DNA of 64,000 nt from assembly GCF_000143415.4 (NCBI RefSeq), contig NW_003314263.1:2281563-2345562 (forward strand), read 5' to 3'. The stretch comes from Selaginella moellendorffii (Eukaryota > Plantae > Lycopodiophyta). The notes under the pieces are model-generated. The model was not told where the DNA came from, made no database searches, and saw nothing but the letters and a program-made list of their open reading frames with translations. The translations under genes and the position numbers were made by a program. This document shows positions 46,282 through 59,027 of this stretch, one piece after another (positions within the stretch are counted from its first letter, which is position 1; each line of letters starts with the position of its first letter).

Positions 46282-46941
46282 ATGGATATGGGACAGGATT
46301 ATGTCAAGCTGGTGACACTCATCGTCGCGTTCCTCGCAGCAGGTTTGTGCTTGATTGATCCTTGGTTTGGAAAAATCTAATCTTTGTGCGTGATCTTTCC
46401 AGGAGCTTATGCTCAACTTCAACTCCCATCCTACGCCTTGAAAGATTATCCTCTCGGGAAAGCCTTTGCGAATCCAAACCAGCAGTGGCATTTTGCGGCT
46501 CTGTGTTTGAAAAACCAGGTGAGAGAGTTTTTCTTTTCTTTTGTTTTTCCAAGTTTTCAATCATATATGTTTTGTACAGAGCTCGTCTTGTACCAGACTT
46601 GACTACCATGGTTCTCTCAACGTTACCAGCGTCCCAGACTATTGCGGGCCTTGCGCCAACCAAACCTTGGTAGTGCTCAAGTGTATCGACCGAGTTAAGT
46701 CCCACTTCCTCTTCACGAACAAGGCAAGCACAGATGACGTGAGAAGATCGCTCCACACTGGCTGCTCCACCGGTAAATTCCCCTTTCCTAAGATCTAGAA
46801 TCCAACTTTTCCTTCTAAAAAACTCATTTTTTTTCCCCAGGAAACTTCACGATCGTTCCCAGTGCGAAGAATGTGGGGACCAAACTCACAGCGTCGTTTT
46901 GGGTGATCCTCTTTGGAACTTGGCTCGCTGCTAGAGTATAA
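46282..46941 (+). CDS. small Cys-containing secreted, probably GPI-anchored protein, 4 exons
   Basis: Spliced by hand: MDMGQDYVKLVTLIVAFLAAGAYA...ALCLKNQSSSCTRLDYHGSLNV...YCGPC...LKCIDRV..F.FTNKA...GCSTGNFT plus a hydrophobic tail. Confidence 0.75.
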
Positions 46942-47206
46942 AGCGACAGGCGCCAACACTTTTCTACACATCGCTATAGTACATATAGCTTTAAAGAAAA
47001 AAAGAAGGAAGCCCACAAAGAGACTTGTCAAATAAAACTCTCCCCCCAAAAGTCTTTGAAGTCAATCGCCAATTTTTGACAATGTTCATCCGTACGCCTG
47101 AGTGTTTTTCCGTACTCTTGATTGTGTTTAGTGTGCGCGTTCTTCCGTACGTAATATAGAAGTGCAAGATCTTGCCGCGTGGCACTCAGAGAATAGTCAA
47201 ATATCT

Positions 47207-47214
47207 GGATATGC
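47207..47214. promoter_or_regulatory. P1BS motif upstream of PHT1
   Basis: GGATATGC ~430 bp before the ATG; the expected context for a PHT1 gene. Confidence 0.6.
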
Positions 47215-47637
47215 GAATCCAGTTTGCGAATAAATTGACCTTCTTCCTTGCATGAGGCTAGGGCTTTGAAAATCCCAGAAGACGACGACCACGAACGTGC
47301 GCATCGCGGCATCGAATCGCCAGTAGGTAATCTGCGCAGATTTTCGTGCTCTACCATTCTCGATCGCGTTTCCTTCCATTGCTATCGATTTCCATCCTCA
47401 TTCTCGATTCTCTTGCCGGCATTTTATTTCCAATCTCTCGCATTCCATCTCCAATCTCTTGGCATTCCTCTTCCAGACCTGTGCTTGCAATCCCTGATTC
47501 TTGGAGTGAAAAGGTCTTTCCTGGACTTTTTTTTTTCCTCCACTATACCTGGGAAGATCTTTGCTTTCATCACACCTCTCTCTCAATCTTTGTCACACTG
47601 TTTGCAGGAAGGGGGCAATTCTTTCGCGAGCACAGCG

Positions 47638-49260
47638 ATGGCGCTCGAGGTGCTGTCCGCCTTGGACAAGGCCAAGACGCAGTGGTACCACTTCACCGCC
47701 ATTCTCATCGCGGGTATGGGCTTCTTCACGGATGCTTACGATCTCTTTTGCATCTCCACCGTGACCAAGCTCCTGGGAAGGATCTACTACTACGATTCAA
47801 CCACTGGAAAGCCCGGAGCACTCCCAGCAAACGTAGCGGCGGCCGTCAACGGTGTGGCCTTTTGCGGGACTCTGTCCGGCCAGCTCTTCTTCGGCTGGCT
47901 CGGTGACAAGCTGGGACGAAAGAAAGTCTATGGGATGACGCTCATGCTCATGGTCATCTGCTCGATCGCCTCGGGGCTCTCCTTCGGCCACACTGCCAAG
48001 TCGGTGATGACAACGCTGTGCTTCTTCCGGTTCTGGCTTGGATTCGGCATCGGTGGCGACTATCCTCTCTCGGCCACGATCATGTCCGAGTATGCCAACA
48101 CCAAGACGCGCGGGGCATTCATCGCGGCGGTGTTTGCCATGCAAGGATTTGGAATCCTGGCCGGCGGGATAGTGTCGCTGGTGATCTCCGCGGCGTTCAA
48201 CCATGCTTATCCGGCGCCATCTTTCAACGAGAATCAGATAGCATCCACTCCAACCGAGGCGGACTTTGCGTGGAGGCTCATCTTCATGCTCGGAGCCATC
48301 CCGGCGGCGCTTACGTTCTACTGGCGGATGAAGATGCCCGAGACCGCTCGCTACACGGCTCTCGTGGCAGGGAATCTCAAGCAGGCCACGCAAGATATGA
48401 GCAAAGTTCTCGAGATGGAGGTGGCCACGGAACCTGTCAAGCATGAGTCCCCGATGCAGAAGCTAAAGTTTGGTCTCTTTACGAAAGCGTTTGCGAGGCG
48501 ACACGGCCTCCAGCTCCTGGGCACCACGACTACATGGTTCTTCCTAGACGTCGCCTTCTACAGCCAGAACCTCTTCCAAAAGGACGTTTTCACCGCGGTG
48601 GGATGGCTCCCGGGGCCTGGAAGTATGAGCGCGATGGAGGAAGTCTACAGGATCTCGCGAGCACAGACACTGATCGCGCTGTGCTCCACGGTTCCCGGGT
48701 ACTGGTTCACGGTGGCTCTCATCGACAAGATTGGACGCTTCACCATCCAAGTCATGGGCTTCTTCATGATGACCGTGTTCATGTTCGCGCTCGCCATCCC
48801 CTACTACAAGCTCCGCGGGGACAAGTGCGGTGACAGCTTCTGCGGCGGCCACCACATGACGTTCATCGTGCTCTACTCGCTCACCTTCTTCTTCGCAAAC
48901 TTTGGGCCCAACTCCACCACTTTCATCGTCCCCGCGGAGCTCTTCCCGGCCCGGCTGCGATCGACTTGTCACGGGATCTCGGCAGCGGCTGGAAAGGCCG
49001 GGGCCATCGTTGGAGCTTTCGGGTTCCTCTACTTGTCGCAGAACCAACACGAAGGGCAGCAGGAGCATGGCTACCCGACTGGACTGGGGATCCGGACGGC
49101 GCTCCTGATGCTGGGAGGATGCAACGCTCTGGGGCTCCTGTTTACGTTCTTTGTTCCAGAGACAAATGGACGGTCGCTCGAGGACTTGTCTGGCGAGAAC
49201 GAGGAGGAGATGTCTGCCACTCCAGCGGCGCTGCCACCACCTCCACGCGAGGATGTATGA
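47638..49260 (+). CDS. PHT1: PHT1-family inorganic phosphate:H+ symporter
   Basis: [25 protein letters not shown] signature, [21 protein letters not shown]. Confidence 0.97.
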   Translation: MALEVLSALDKAKTQWYHFTAILIAGMGFFTDAYDLFCISTVTKLLGRIYYYDSTTGKPGALPANVAAAVNGVAFCGTLSGQLFFGWLGDKLGRKKVYGMTLMLMVICSIASGLSFGHTAKSVMTTLCFFRFWLGFGIGGDYPLSATIMSEYANTKTRGAFIAAVFAMQGFGILAGGIVSLVISAAFNHAYPAPSFNENQIASTPTEADFAWRLIFMLGAIPAALTFYWRMKMPETARYTALVAGNLKQATQDMSKVLEMEVATEPVKHESPMQKLKFGLFTKAFARRHGLQLLGTTTTWFFLDVAFYSQNLFQKDVFTAVGWLPGPGSMSAMEEVYRISRAQTLIALCSTVPGYWFTVALIDKIGRFTIQVMGFFMMTVFMFALAIPYYKLRGDKCGDSFCGGHHMTFIVLYSLTFFFANFGPNSTTFIVPAELFPARLRSTCHGISAAAGKAGAIVGAFGFLYLSQNQHEGQQEHGYPTGLGIRTALLMLGGCNALGLLFTFFVPETNGRSLEDLSGENEEEMSATPAALPPPPREDV

Positions 49261-49639
49261 GAGAAGAGAGAAAGAAAAGAAAGAAATTTCTCCTCTCGCT
49301 GTAGTACTTGAAAGTTTCCGGAGAACTTTAGCTGTTTGTACGAAGATTAATTTCTTCATGTTGGCATTCATTGCAACGATTGTCGCATGATGTTGGTGGT
49401 GTGGTGTAGTTTATCACTGCACTGCCCGTGCTAGTTCTTGGTGATTTTTGGTGTGGAGGATTTGCTAGCAGGATTATAAAATGGGTGGGAAGAGGAAAGT
49501 CCCTGGTGGTCCTTGAAAATCTGGAGGAGTGAGTGTTGAGCTTGCCTCATAGCCGCATCCAGTCTCCAAGGTGAGCAGCCTCTAGTTGATGGAACAATGA
49601 AAGTAAAGGAAGTTGGCAAAATGAATCTGTAACTTCAGG

Positions 49640-51620
49640 AAAAGGATTAGCTCGGGCTTAAGCCATGCTATATAAAGTTAAAATATATATATATATATTA
49701 AATTATAATTATATACTTTTATTCAATCATAGTTTTTAGAATTAACTTTAATTTTGAATAGATGCTGAACTCAGATGTACAAAAAATATGATTTAAATAA
49801 ATTAAAGTACTTTAAAAATATTTAATAAGTAATGAATTATTTTTAATTTCAATTAAATGATAGAAGACTTTTTAAAAATGAGAAAAGATTACAATATATC
49901 TTAATATAATAGATGCAATTTGCTATATGCTTTCAAATTATGTGCAAAGATCATCTTTATTTCTTGTGTAAAAATATTTTTTTCACATCACTTCTATCAC
50001 TAGTGAGTTAGAGTTAATGAAAAATAAAAAGTTATAATAATAATTAAAGTACTAATATAAAAATAATATGTTATATAAATAATATTCAAATGATTTATTA
50101 CCCTATATTTCAATTTTTTCTAAAAACATATTTAACATTACAAAAACAGTATATATGTTTTATGAAATTTTATTACTTAGAACTTTTATAATGCAATTAA
50201 ATAATATAACTTTAAATCTATAATTTATATATATTTAAATAAATTAAAATAATTATTAGAAAAAATTAATAAAAACTTAAAAATAAATTATTTGCCCAAG
50301 GTTATTCAAATAACTTCGGCCCCTCAAGCTGTCAAAGTACCCAAGGTGATTAGCAAAAATGCTAAAAGTACCATAAAAATATTTGTGGTTGTTAATGAAA
50401 ATGCATACTGACCACCAAAAAAGAAGGAATAAATAAAAAAGTATAAAAAAATAACATGAAAACAATCAAATAAAATAAATTCACTGTTGGTGGCATTATT
50501 ATTCAGTTTTTCATTCATATGTTATATCGTTCTTGATTTCGCACTTTCACGAGTTATATTTTATTTGTTAAAATACAAATTATTTTTTTTAATCCTATTT
50601 CCAAATATATGTTAATAAAATCTATGTCTATTTAGTTATTATTTTGTGCATAATTAAAACTATTGAATTCTCTTTTATTGTTAACATTTAATTTTTTCAC
50701 AAATACTATAAACTATCAATACTGAACTTAACATTGTTACTCATATTTTCTTTTGTACAATATAATAAAATAATATTTAATGGTGATATAACTCATGATA
50801 CTTTCAATGAAAATTTACAATCAATTTTATTCTAAATTATAAGAACACAGTTCTTTTAGCAAAAATAAAAATTGTTTAAAATAATATTATGAATATTTCG
50901 ACATTGAAATAAAGTTTTCAGCTTTACTCTATTCGAAATATATAAGTATTGAAGAATCTTGAAAATTTTGTTATAAAGTAAAAAATTTAAATATATATAT
51001 ATATAGTAAATGTTATTTAATAAATTTATATAAAAATTTACTTATTATTTTATAATGATTTTAGCTATATATGAAAATAAATAATTTGATGCCCATTGCA
51101 TGCATTAATATTTGGTTTGCTTAATAGTAGTGTTATTTCTATTTATTATTCTAATTGATAAAATGGAAGTTTATAATTATAAACATATCTATAATTTATA
51201 AACAGAAGATTAATCTTATTGAATATCAACTATTAGATGTTAGAATACACTAGAATATACTATTGAATATTAACTATTAGATGGTAGAATAAACTAGAAT
51301 ATACAAAAAAGTGTTTTGGAAAGTTTATAAATGATAAATATGTTTATAAATTATAATTACAAAATTAATCTAAATAAATAATAACCGTTAGATGGTAGAA
51401 TATCCTAGAATATCTTTGTATATTCTAAACATATTTACTATCAGGTTTGCTTAAGGAAATTTAAAAGAATGCACGTAATTAAAAATGATTTAGGTTAAAT
51501 ATAATGTTAAATTAAAATTAAAACCACTATTAAAATTATATTAAAATGATTTACTCTCCATTCTATTTGTACAGTTATCTGTGAGAGAAAAACAATTCTA
51601 CGTAAGAGATTTAAAGGTAA
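49640..51620. other. extremely AT-rich intergenic block
   Basis: Abrupt compositional shift from the ~50% GC genes; no credible ORF; three imperfect TTAGATG(G/T)TAGAATA..CTAGAATA repeats at ~51233-51415. Confidence 0.8.
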
Positions 51621-51653
51621 AAAGAAATTAGGATGACCGGCAGTTTAGGGTTC

Positions 51654-53572
51654 TTAGAATGTCTCGGCGTAGGGATCAGGGCTCTTGTACGAGTACCAGC
51701 GCGCGACCGGCACATAGATCCCCAGATTCACGAGGCTCAGCCCCGCGATCAGCCAGTAGTAGCGCTCCAGATGCCCGGCATTCACATCGTTCTGGAGCCA
51801 CGACGGCGCCCCGCGATTGACGCAGGTAACGAGGACGCTGCTCAAGAAGCTCCCCACGCCCAGATTCGCGAGCGCCAGGGACGTGCCCAGGCTGTGGAAG
51901 GTGTCGGGCGATTGCTCGTGGAAGAATTCCAGCAGGCTTGAGTTTGTGAGGCCCTCCGCTATGCCCAGCACCACGTACTGCGGCACCAGCCAGAAGATCG
52001 TGACGCTGGTGGTGGGATTCATCCAGGCTTTTCTCTTGATTTCCATCAGCGCTGCGATGCCCAGGCCGATGGCGGCGATGAAGATTCCCAGCCCGCTTCT
52101 CTGGAGCAAGGTGATGCCGCGCTCGTTCCCGGAGAACTTTCTTATGGTTGGGACGATGATACGGTCGTAGAGTGGGAGGAAGAGGACCACGGTGAGGTTG
52201 CTGAAGAGAAGCATTGACGCTGGCGGGATTTTAAAGGTGGTGCTTCCAAGCCGGTTGTCCATAGCCATTCCTTGGCGGAGGAAGAAGGTGCCGGACTGAG
52301 ATGGAGCAATGCTAAACCAGAGCGTTGCCAGCCAGATTGGGAGCATTCGTATGACGAGCTTGACTTCCTCGACTCGGGTCACGGTGGAAAGCTTCCAGGG
52401 GCTGGTTTTCGTCGTGGAAGACTCCATCTCCATGTCGGTATCGAGCTTCAGCGTTGCCTTGTCAAGAAACCTGGACGAACGAAGCTAAGAACAGGGAAAA
52501 GTCGAGAGCTACAGTCACTCACCGGAACTGGTTGGTGTGTGGAATGTGTCTTTTGCCTTTGGCAATCGACTGTTCTTCGTGGAGCTCCAGGGATGGTGCG
52601 ACGACGTTACGCTTGCGGAAAGCTGCCACTATGACTTGCACCATTTTCGTAAGGGGGCTTCCTTCGGGCCTACGGTACCGGTATCTTGGGGTCTGGATGA
52701 GGAAGAGAGCTATGGATACCGCAAGGATAATGCCGAGAAGGCCGAATCCCCACGAGAAACCGACGTGATCTTCAATGTAGACGAGCATGGTGACGGATAC
52801 CAAGCCTCCGATGTGGATGCCCCAGACGATGAAGTTGAAAAAGGAGAACTTTTGCAGCCGCTCGACGTTGTCAGACTCGTCAAACTGGTCGGCTCCGAAG
52901 GACACGAATGAGGTGGTAGCGCTTCCACCTGCGAAGGCTATTGCATAGAGCGAGAGGAAGAGGAAAGCATTCTGTCCGGGCGATGCTTGCTGGCATGTGG
53001 GGCTTTGAGCCGGGCAGCTTGGAGGCCGCAAGTTCTTGAGGGATGCGGAGATGGTGAGGCATGTCAATCCCTGGCAAGTTTTTCAGTTTTTGTTTTTTTT
53101 TTTTGGATTGGTGTTGGTAAAGCTAGTTTTGCAGATAGAATTTGAAGTACTCACCACGCCGTAGAGCACGAAAGAGTACAGCAGCGTCCTGTAGCGGCCC
53201 CAATATGTGTCGGAGAGAAAAGCCCCAAGAACTGAGGAGAGAAAGTAAGTGCCTTGCAAATTGTTAGCGTCACTTGCGGATTGAGAAACATCTCGATGCA
53301 TAACACCCGTCAAGTATGTCAGCAGGTTGGAGATTATGCCGAAGAAGATGACCGTCGCAGCTACTTGGATGACTGCAACACACTCGCAAAGTCAAGACAC
53401 TGAAAGCTTTGCAAAGCGTTGGAGAAACTTTACAGATCATAGGGATCGCTCCGGCCCATTTTCCAGTTTTCTTCTTCAGAGCGGGCTGGCCCTTGAAATC
53501 CAGAGTTCCGTTTTGAGCATACAGGTGGGTTTGTGCATTGCTCTCCATTTCCTGCGTTGTTTGATGAGACAT
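51654..53572 (-). CDS. NRT1/PTR (NPF) family transporter, 4 coding exons
   Basis: LGAFLSDTYWGRY, SFGADQFDE, PEGSPLT, FLDKA, VTRVEEVK, IPPAS, WLVPQY, LEFFHEQSP. Confidence 0.93.
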
Positions 53573-55020
53573 ATTTCGAGCTGCCACTCAGAAAGACAGG
53601 GGGAATGATAGAAAACTCACCATAGCTTCTTCGAATGCAATGCAGAGAGACCTTCCAACGTGCAATCATGTCGTGACAAGATAAGCTACAGAGGAACAAT
53701 CAGTATCTCGATAGAAATATCTTGCCAAACATTTTTCAACCAAGACGTAAAGCACTAAGTCTCTTTCTAAACAAGAAACTATAAAAACGTTTTGACTTGA
53801 ATTGACTAAATCTGGGTGGTAGATGGGGCGTTGAACTGCGGCCAGCCTCTGGTCTCCGTGCCAACAGTCCTAAAAAACCATCTTTTCAACATGGCTACAC
53901 CGAGATACTGATAGATACTGCAATAGCCTTTCTTGTCACGTTATGATCCCGGAGAATCTGAAGAAAAGAACCTTCAATCTAGCAAATTTTGACTTGACAA
54001 GAAGGTAAGGAAACAAGGTACTCTCTTTTCGTGTTGTGTTGACCTGTTTAGATTTACCAACTAAATCTTGGTGTCAGAGGACAGTGTTGCCTGCAAACAA
54101 GTTGTCGGATTTGGGCACAGAAATGCCAAAAGTTTACATGATCAAGTAGGCGGCCTTGCAGTCGAGAAAAAATGTAAGTTATCAGATTTGGACACAGAAA
54201 TTTCTGGTACTGAGACGTCTGTGTACGAATCAGCGCAAGACTCATTCGTGTGAAAGGACCAGCTCCACAGCACGAATCGACTTCAAGTTCCATCCAATGG
54301 AGTGCCATAAGAAGATACAAGAACACGTACCAGAAGCTCGAGATATCGCAATCGAGGCAAAGCATATCGCGTTCACCAAGAGAACAACCAGCTGAATTCC
54401 CGTGAGTTGCAATGGCAGGGTCTCCTAGGCCAAGCTCTCCAAGCAGTCAAACGTGGCTCGAATGTGATCAAAGCAGCAAGCAAAGCTAAGCACTACCTTC
54501 AGCAGTGTGGCCAGAACGTCTTGCTGTATGGAGAAACGCTGGCCAGGCTTCTTAAGAGTTTACATGTGTGTTGGTTCTAGCGTCTCTGCTCCTGTCGGAC
54601 TGAGCTGAATTATTGCTAATCCTCTACTAATTAATATTATTTAGACTAAAACAAAAGACACAAACACACTCTAATCCTTTAACAAGGACACTTTGTCAAA
54701 TCCTCTCTTCCACCCAACCTAATCACAAGCTATAGCATGCAATTTGTTAATGCAATTGTTATGGTGTAAAAGGAAAAGGATTTCATGCCAAAGTCCTATT
54801 GGTTTTGAATGATATTACACAAATATCAATCCTTATGCCAAGAATAGGGCTTTGTTATTGAAAAGTTTTTTATTGATAACTGAATATCCACATGATGAAT
54901 TTTTTCCATCATCCTTAAAAATTTTGAGATCTATAATGACATTTATCTAAAAGTTTACACCTTCATAGAAAAAGATTTTTCTTGTTTTCTTCAATCTAAC
55001 TTTTTTCCCTTTTGCTTTAC

Positions 55021-55308
55021 ATGCTTTATTTCGTTAAAGTGGGACTTATTCAGTAAAGTGGGACATTAATTAGCATGTGTCCACATGCCATTTCTTAGTA
55101 CTTAATTAATATTTATTAATATTTCTATCAGTTTTTTAATTTATTTTTTTATATTTCACAATATTATAACACAAAATCATATGAAAAGTTTTTAATTTAT
55201 AAATTATAAAGTTAAAACTTCAATTTTTTATTGTTGTTATAAAAATGGCATGTGGCCACACACCATAAGTGGGATAATGAAAAGTCCTACTTTAACGAAA
55301 TAAAGCAT
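55021..55308. mobile_element. MITE-like element
   Basis: 27-bp TIR ATGCTTTATTTCGTTAAAGT(G/A)GGACTT (26/27), inner 18-bp inverted repeat, AT-rich core, flanking TTAC direct repeat. Confidence 0.75.
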
Positions 55309-55545
55309 TTACCTAGATTTCTATTATTTTAATACTTGTTGTGAGTGCATGGAATATGGAAAGGGAATACAGAAATGTGCATATCAATTAGCCCAAAAAC
55401 CCTAGCTTATATACAGGAGCGAGTGGTCCGGATTGAAACCAATCCGACCGCTACCAAAATCCACTACGCTAATATTAGTATACGACATCGTAGCCGTACA
55501 CTTGGCCCTCATATCATCCCCTCCTCTCGAAATAATGGAAGGCCG

Positions 55546-58500
55546 TCAGGGTTCTCTTGTAGATGGCCTGGGATCTGGAGGAACGTCAGGAGGAGGCATC
55601 GGCGGATCTGTAGACGGTATTAACTGCTCCTGATCCCTTTGTATGAAGCGTTTTAACCGCTGCACATGCATAATCTCCGGAGGATCGGTTTGCTGAACGT
55701 CATGCCGAACCTCATAAACTTGCGGTCCAACTTGCCGCAACACCCGATACGGTCCTTTCCACTGCGCAAGGAGCCCCTTAGATAAACCACGTACCGTAAG
55801 ATGGGGAAAACGAACTAACACCAAATCATTCACTTTGTACTCCGCAGGTGGATGATGATGGGAGTTGTAGCGCCGTTGTTGTCCCACTTGTACGCGGCCT
55901 AAGTGTTCGGCAGACTCTGCTCGGACAAGTGGAAGAATGCTTGTCAAATACTGATCCCATGACCTAGCATCAGGAGCTCGTGGCAATCGCGAAGGTAAAC
56001 CCAACTCTGTTGGTAATATTGGATCATGACCATATAGAAGTTTATATGGTGAAGCACCAATAGAACTTTGCACCCCTGTGACATAGGCATATCGAAGAGA
56101 CGGCAAATAACCATCCCAATCCGAATGCTGGAAGTTCACATACTTCGAAATCATCCCTTTGAATGTCCGAACGAGCCGTTCCACCAGACCGTCTGATTGT
56201 GGATGATAAGCACTCGTAAAAGTGTGGCGTATCCCCAACCGAGATGTCAAAACATGAAATACCTCAGCCATAAATGTAGGACCATTATCCGAAAGAATCC
56301 GCTCTGGACAAGAATGCTGGAACACCACTCGATTGAGGAGGAAGTATCCAACAGCAGTTGCAGAGGCGCTAGCAAGAGCACCAACTTCCACCCAACGAGT
56401 CAAGTAGTCATAAGCAATAATAACATACTCATTGCCAGCAGTCGATCGTGGAAAAGGTCCTATAAGATCAAACGCCACCAACTCAAACGGACGGGAAATT
56501 GCAATTGACTCCAACCGTCCTTCCGCAGCACAAGGGGGAGTATTACGAGCTTGGCACCAAACGCAACTACGCACATACCGAATAATATCACGTCGCATCT
56601 CCGGCCAATAGAAAGACCTACGCAGCTTCTCGGTGACACGACGGTGTCCCATATGCCCACCTAGAACAGGAGAATCATGGTAGGCATGGAGAAACCGCGG
56701 AATAAACACCGAAGGTACCACCAGTCGTAAATGATCATCAGGATCCGTCCCCACAAAATAAAGAAGGCCATCTTCAAGGCGATATTGAGAATGTAAATGC
56801 CGGAAAGGCAAGTCATCAGCAAGTGATGCAGGATTCTCAAACCCATCTCGAAGCCTTCGAATCCACGGCTCAATCCTTTGAGCCTCGCGAACCTCCTCAA
56901 GAGAAGGCAGATCTTGCTCTGCACCCTGTGGACACTGAACGTCAAGGACAGCAACCGCCGACGGCACAGAATCCTCATCTAGAAAATCCACAGATGCTGG
57001 AACAACAGGTTCGTCAGAATGATGAGAAGTGAGTGGAGAAGGAAGAGGAGCTCGAGAAAGGGCATCAGTATCAGCCATAGAACTCCCTGGGCGATGAACA
57101 ACATCAAAATCATATATCTGAAGCTTCAAAGCCCATCGAGCCGTACGACCAACCAGGTTCTTCCGCTTCAATAATGAAGTAACAGCAGCATGGTCACCTT
57201 CAAGTAACGTTCGAGAACCATGTAGATATGCATGAAGTTTCTCGAAACCCCAGACTACTGCTAAACACTCCTTCTCCGTCGTGGAGTAGTTCATCTCCGC
57301 TGGTTGTAATGTACGGCTTATGTATGCAATGGGATGGCGCTGACTAGGCACACTCGAGCTCTCTTGCATCAACAAAGACCAATGTCAGAAGCATCCACGC
57401 GCAAAATAAAAGGTCGAGTGTAGTCAGGATATGCCAAAACCGGAGGAGTCGTCAATAGCTCCTTGAGATCCACGAACGCCCACTCATAATCCGGAGACCA
57501 GATGAAAGATGACGTTGATGACTTCAGCAACGCTCGCAATGGTGTAGTGCGATCGGAAAGATGATCCACAAAACGACCAAGATACTACACCTTACCCAAA
57601 AAGCGCTAGACATCATTCACACACTTCGGAGTAGGGAACTTTAGAACAGCCACAAGTTTGTCAGGATCAACTTGCAAACCCTCACGAGAAATACGGTACC
57701 CAAGATAAGTTGTGTCCTTGGACCCAAACATGCACTTCGACCGCTTCAGCTTTAAACCAACGTCGCGTAGCCAATCCAACACTTTACAAATATCACGAAC
57801 GTGCTCCTCCCACGTCCCCTCCGAGTGGATCAAGACATCATCAATGAAGTCAGCAGTCACCTCCGGCATATCGCAAAGAACCTCGTCCATCATCCGTTGG
57901 AAAGTTGCTAGAGCATTGTTCAAACCAAACGGCATCACCAAGAACTCGTACAAACCAAATGGTGTACGAAAAGCAGTCTTAGGAATATCTTCTTCGGCCA
58001 TCGGTACTTGCCAATACCCAGAAGCAAGATCTAGCTTGGTGAACCAACGACTCCGCCCCAGACGATCCAAGAGATCAGCAGTGTGAGGAAGAGAATACAC
58101 ATCTGGGATCGTCACTTCGTTTAACGGATGATAGTCGATGCAGAAACGAATACTCCCATCAGGCTTCGTCACAAGATGAGGTTCACATGCCCAAGGACTC
58201 CGTGACTTCCGAATAACACCCTTTTCCAGCATGTCCTTGACGTTTGCTCGTAAAATTTTGATCTCCTTAGGTGACCAACGACGAACAGGAACCTTGATTG
58301 GACGAGCATCCCCGGTTGGAATTGGATGACGTGTGGCAATCTTGGCCCCAGATGATAGGTCAAATTCAAAGAGATCAGAATACTCCTTCATGAGCCGGTC
58401 AACTGCTATAACAGAAAGATCGTCGGAGGGATCGGAAAAGGGAAAAGCAGAACAAGATGGAAACACAGAAGGAAAGAGTGGGGAAACAAAAGTAATGGAA

Positions 58501-59027
58501 GCAAAGGTAAAAGTAGAGGGACGAAGAGGTATGGAAGTGAGAGGAATGGATGAAACATAAGGAAGTATGAGACAAGGGGGAGAAGCCTCAAAGTCACACT
58601 TGGCATGATTGCGCTGCAACCAATCCATACCAAGAATGAGGTCAAAAGCTTGACTCGGCACCACCCGCAACGATTGCAACTCAAGCTCGAGATCGCCCAC
58701 ACGCACAACCAGGTCCACCTCATCCCGTGCACATGCATGTGTACGGCCATTGCCATAAAGAATGAAAACTGGTTCTGCCGCACGACGCAAGTGTAGACGA
58801 CAACGTGTGGCAACAGGTCGAGCAATAGAAGATAAACTCGAACCTGTATCAACCAACACGGAGAGAATAATAGGAGACTTCTTGTTATAAAAACGAGCTT
58901 GGAAAGTAAACACTGGATGAACTGGTGCCGAGTGAACCCCTTGATGATACTCCCAAAAGAAAGATAGAGGGGTCACTGATTTATTCGCGCAAGGTCCCTC
59001 CGTTACTCGCGCGACTCCTCGTTTCCC
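55546..59027 (-). pseudogene. pol: pol (protease, RT, RNase H, integrase) with stops and a frameshift
   Basis: LVDTGS; LDLASGYWQ, MPFGL, FIDD; stops near 57606 and 57587; frameshift ~57370; HHCC, DDE and GPY integrase motifs. Confidence 0.93.

Noticed and set aside
47248-47637. 130-aa N-terminal extension of PHT1
   Set aside because: Non-ATG start; pyrimidine-rich sequence ending in TTTGCAG looks like a 5'UTR intron.
49417-49435. GCAC..GTGCTAGT as a Helitron 3' end
   Set aside because: The hairpin is only 4 bp, its spacing to CTAG is wrong, and there is no supporting 5' end.
51233-51415. GAATATAC/GAATATCC as P1BS sites
   Set aside because: They are part of AT-rich repeats lying downstream of both flanking genes.
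53900-54620. Short ORFs in a moderately GC-rich stretch upstream of NPF
   Set aside because: No recognisable domain or consistent exon chain.
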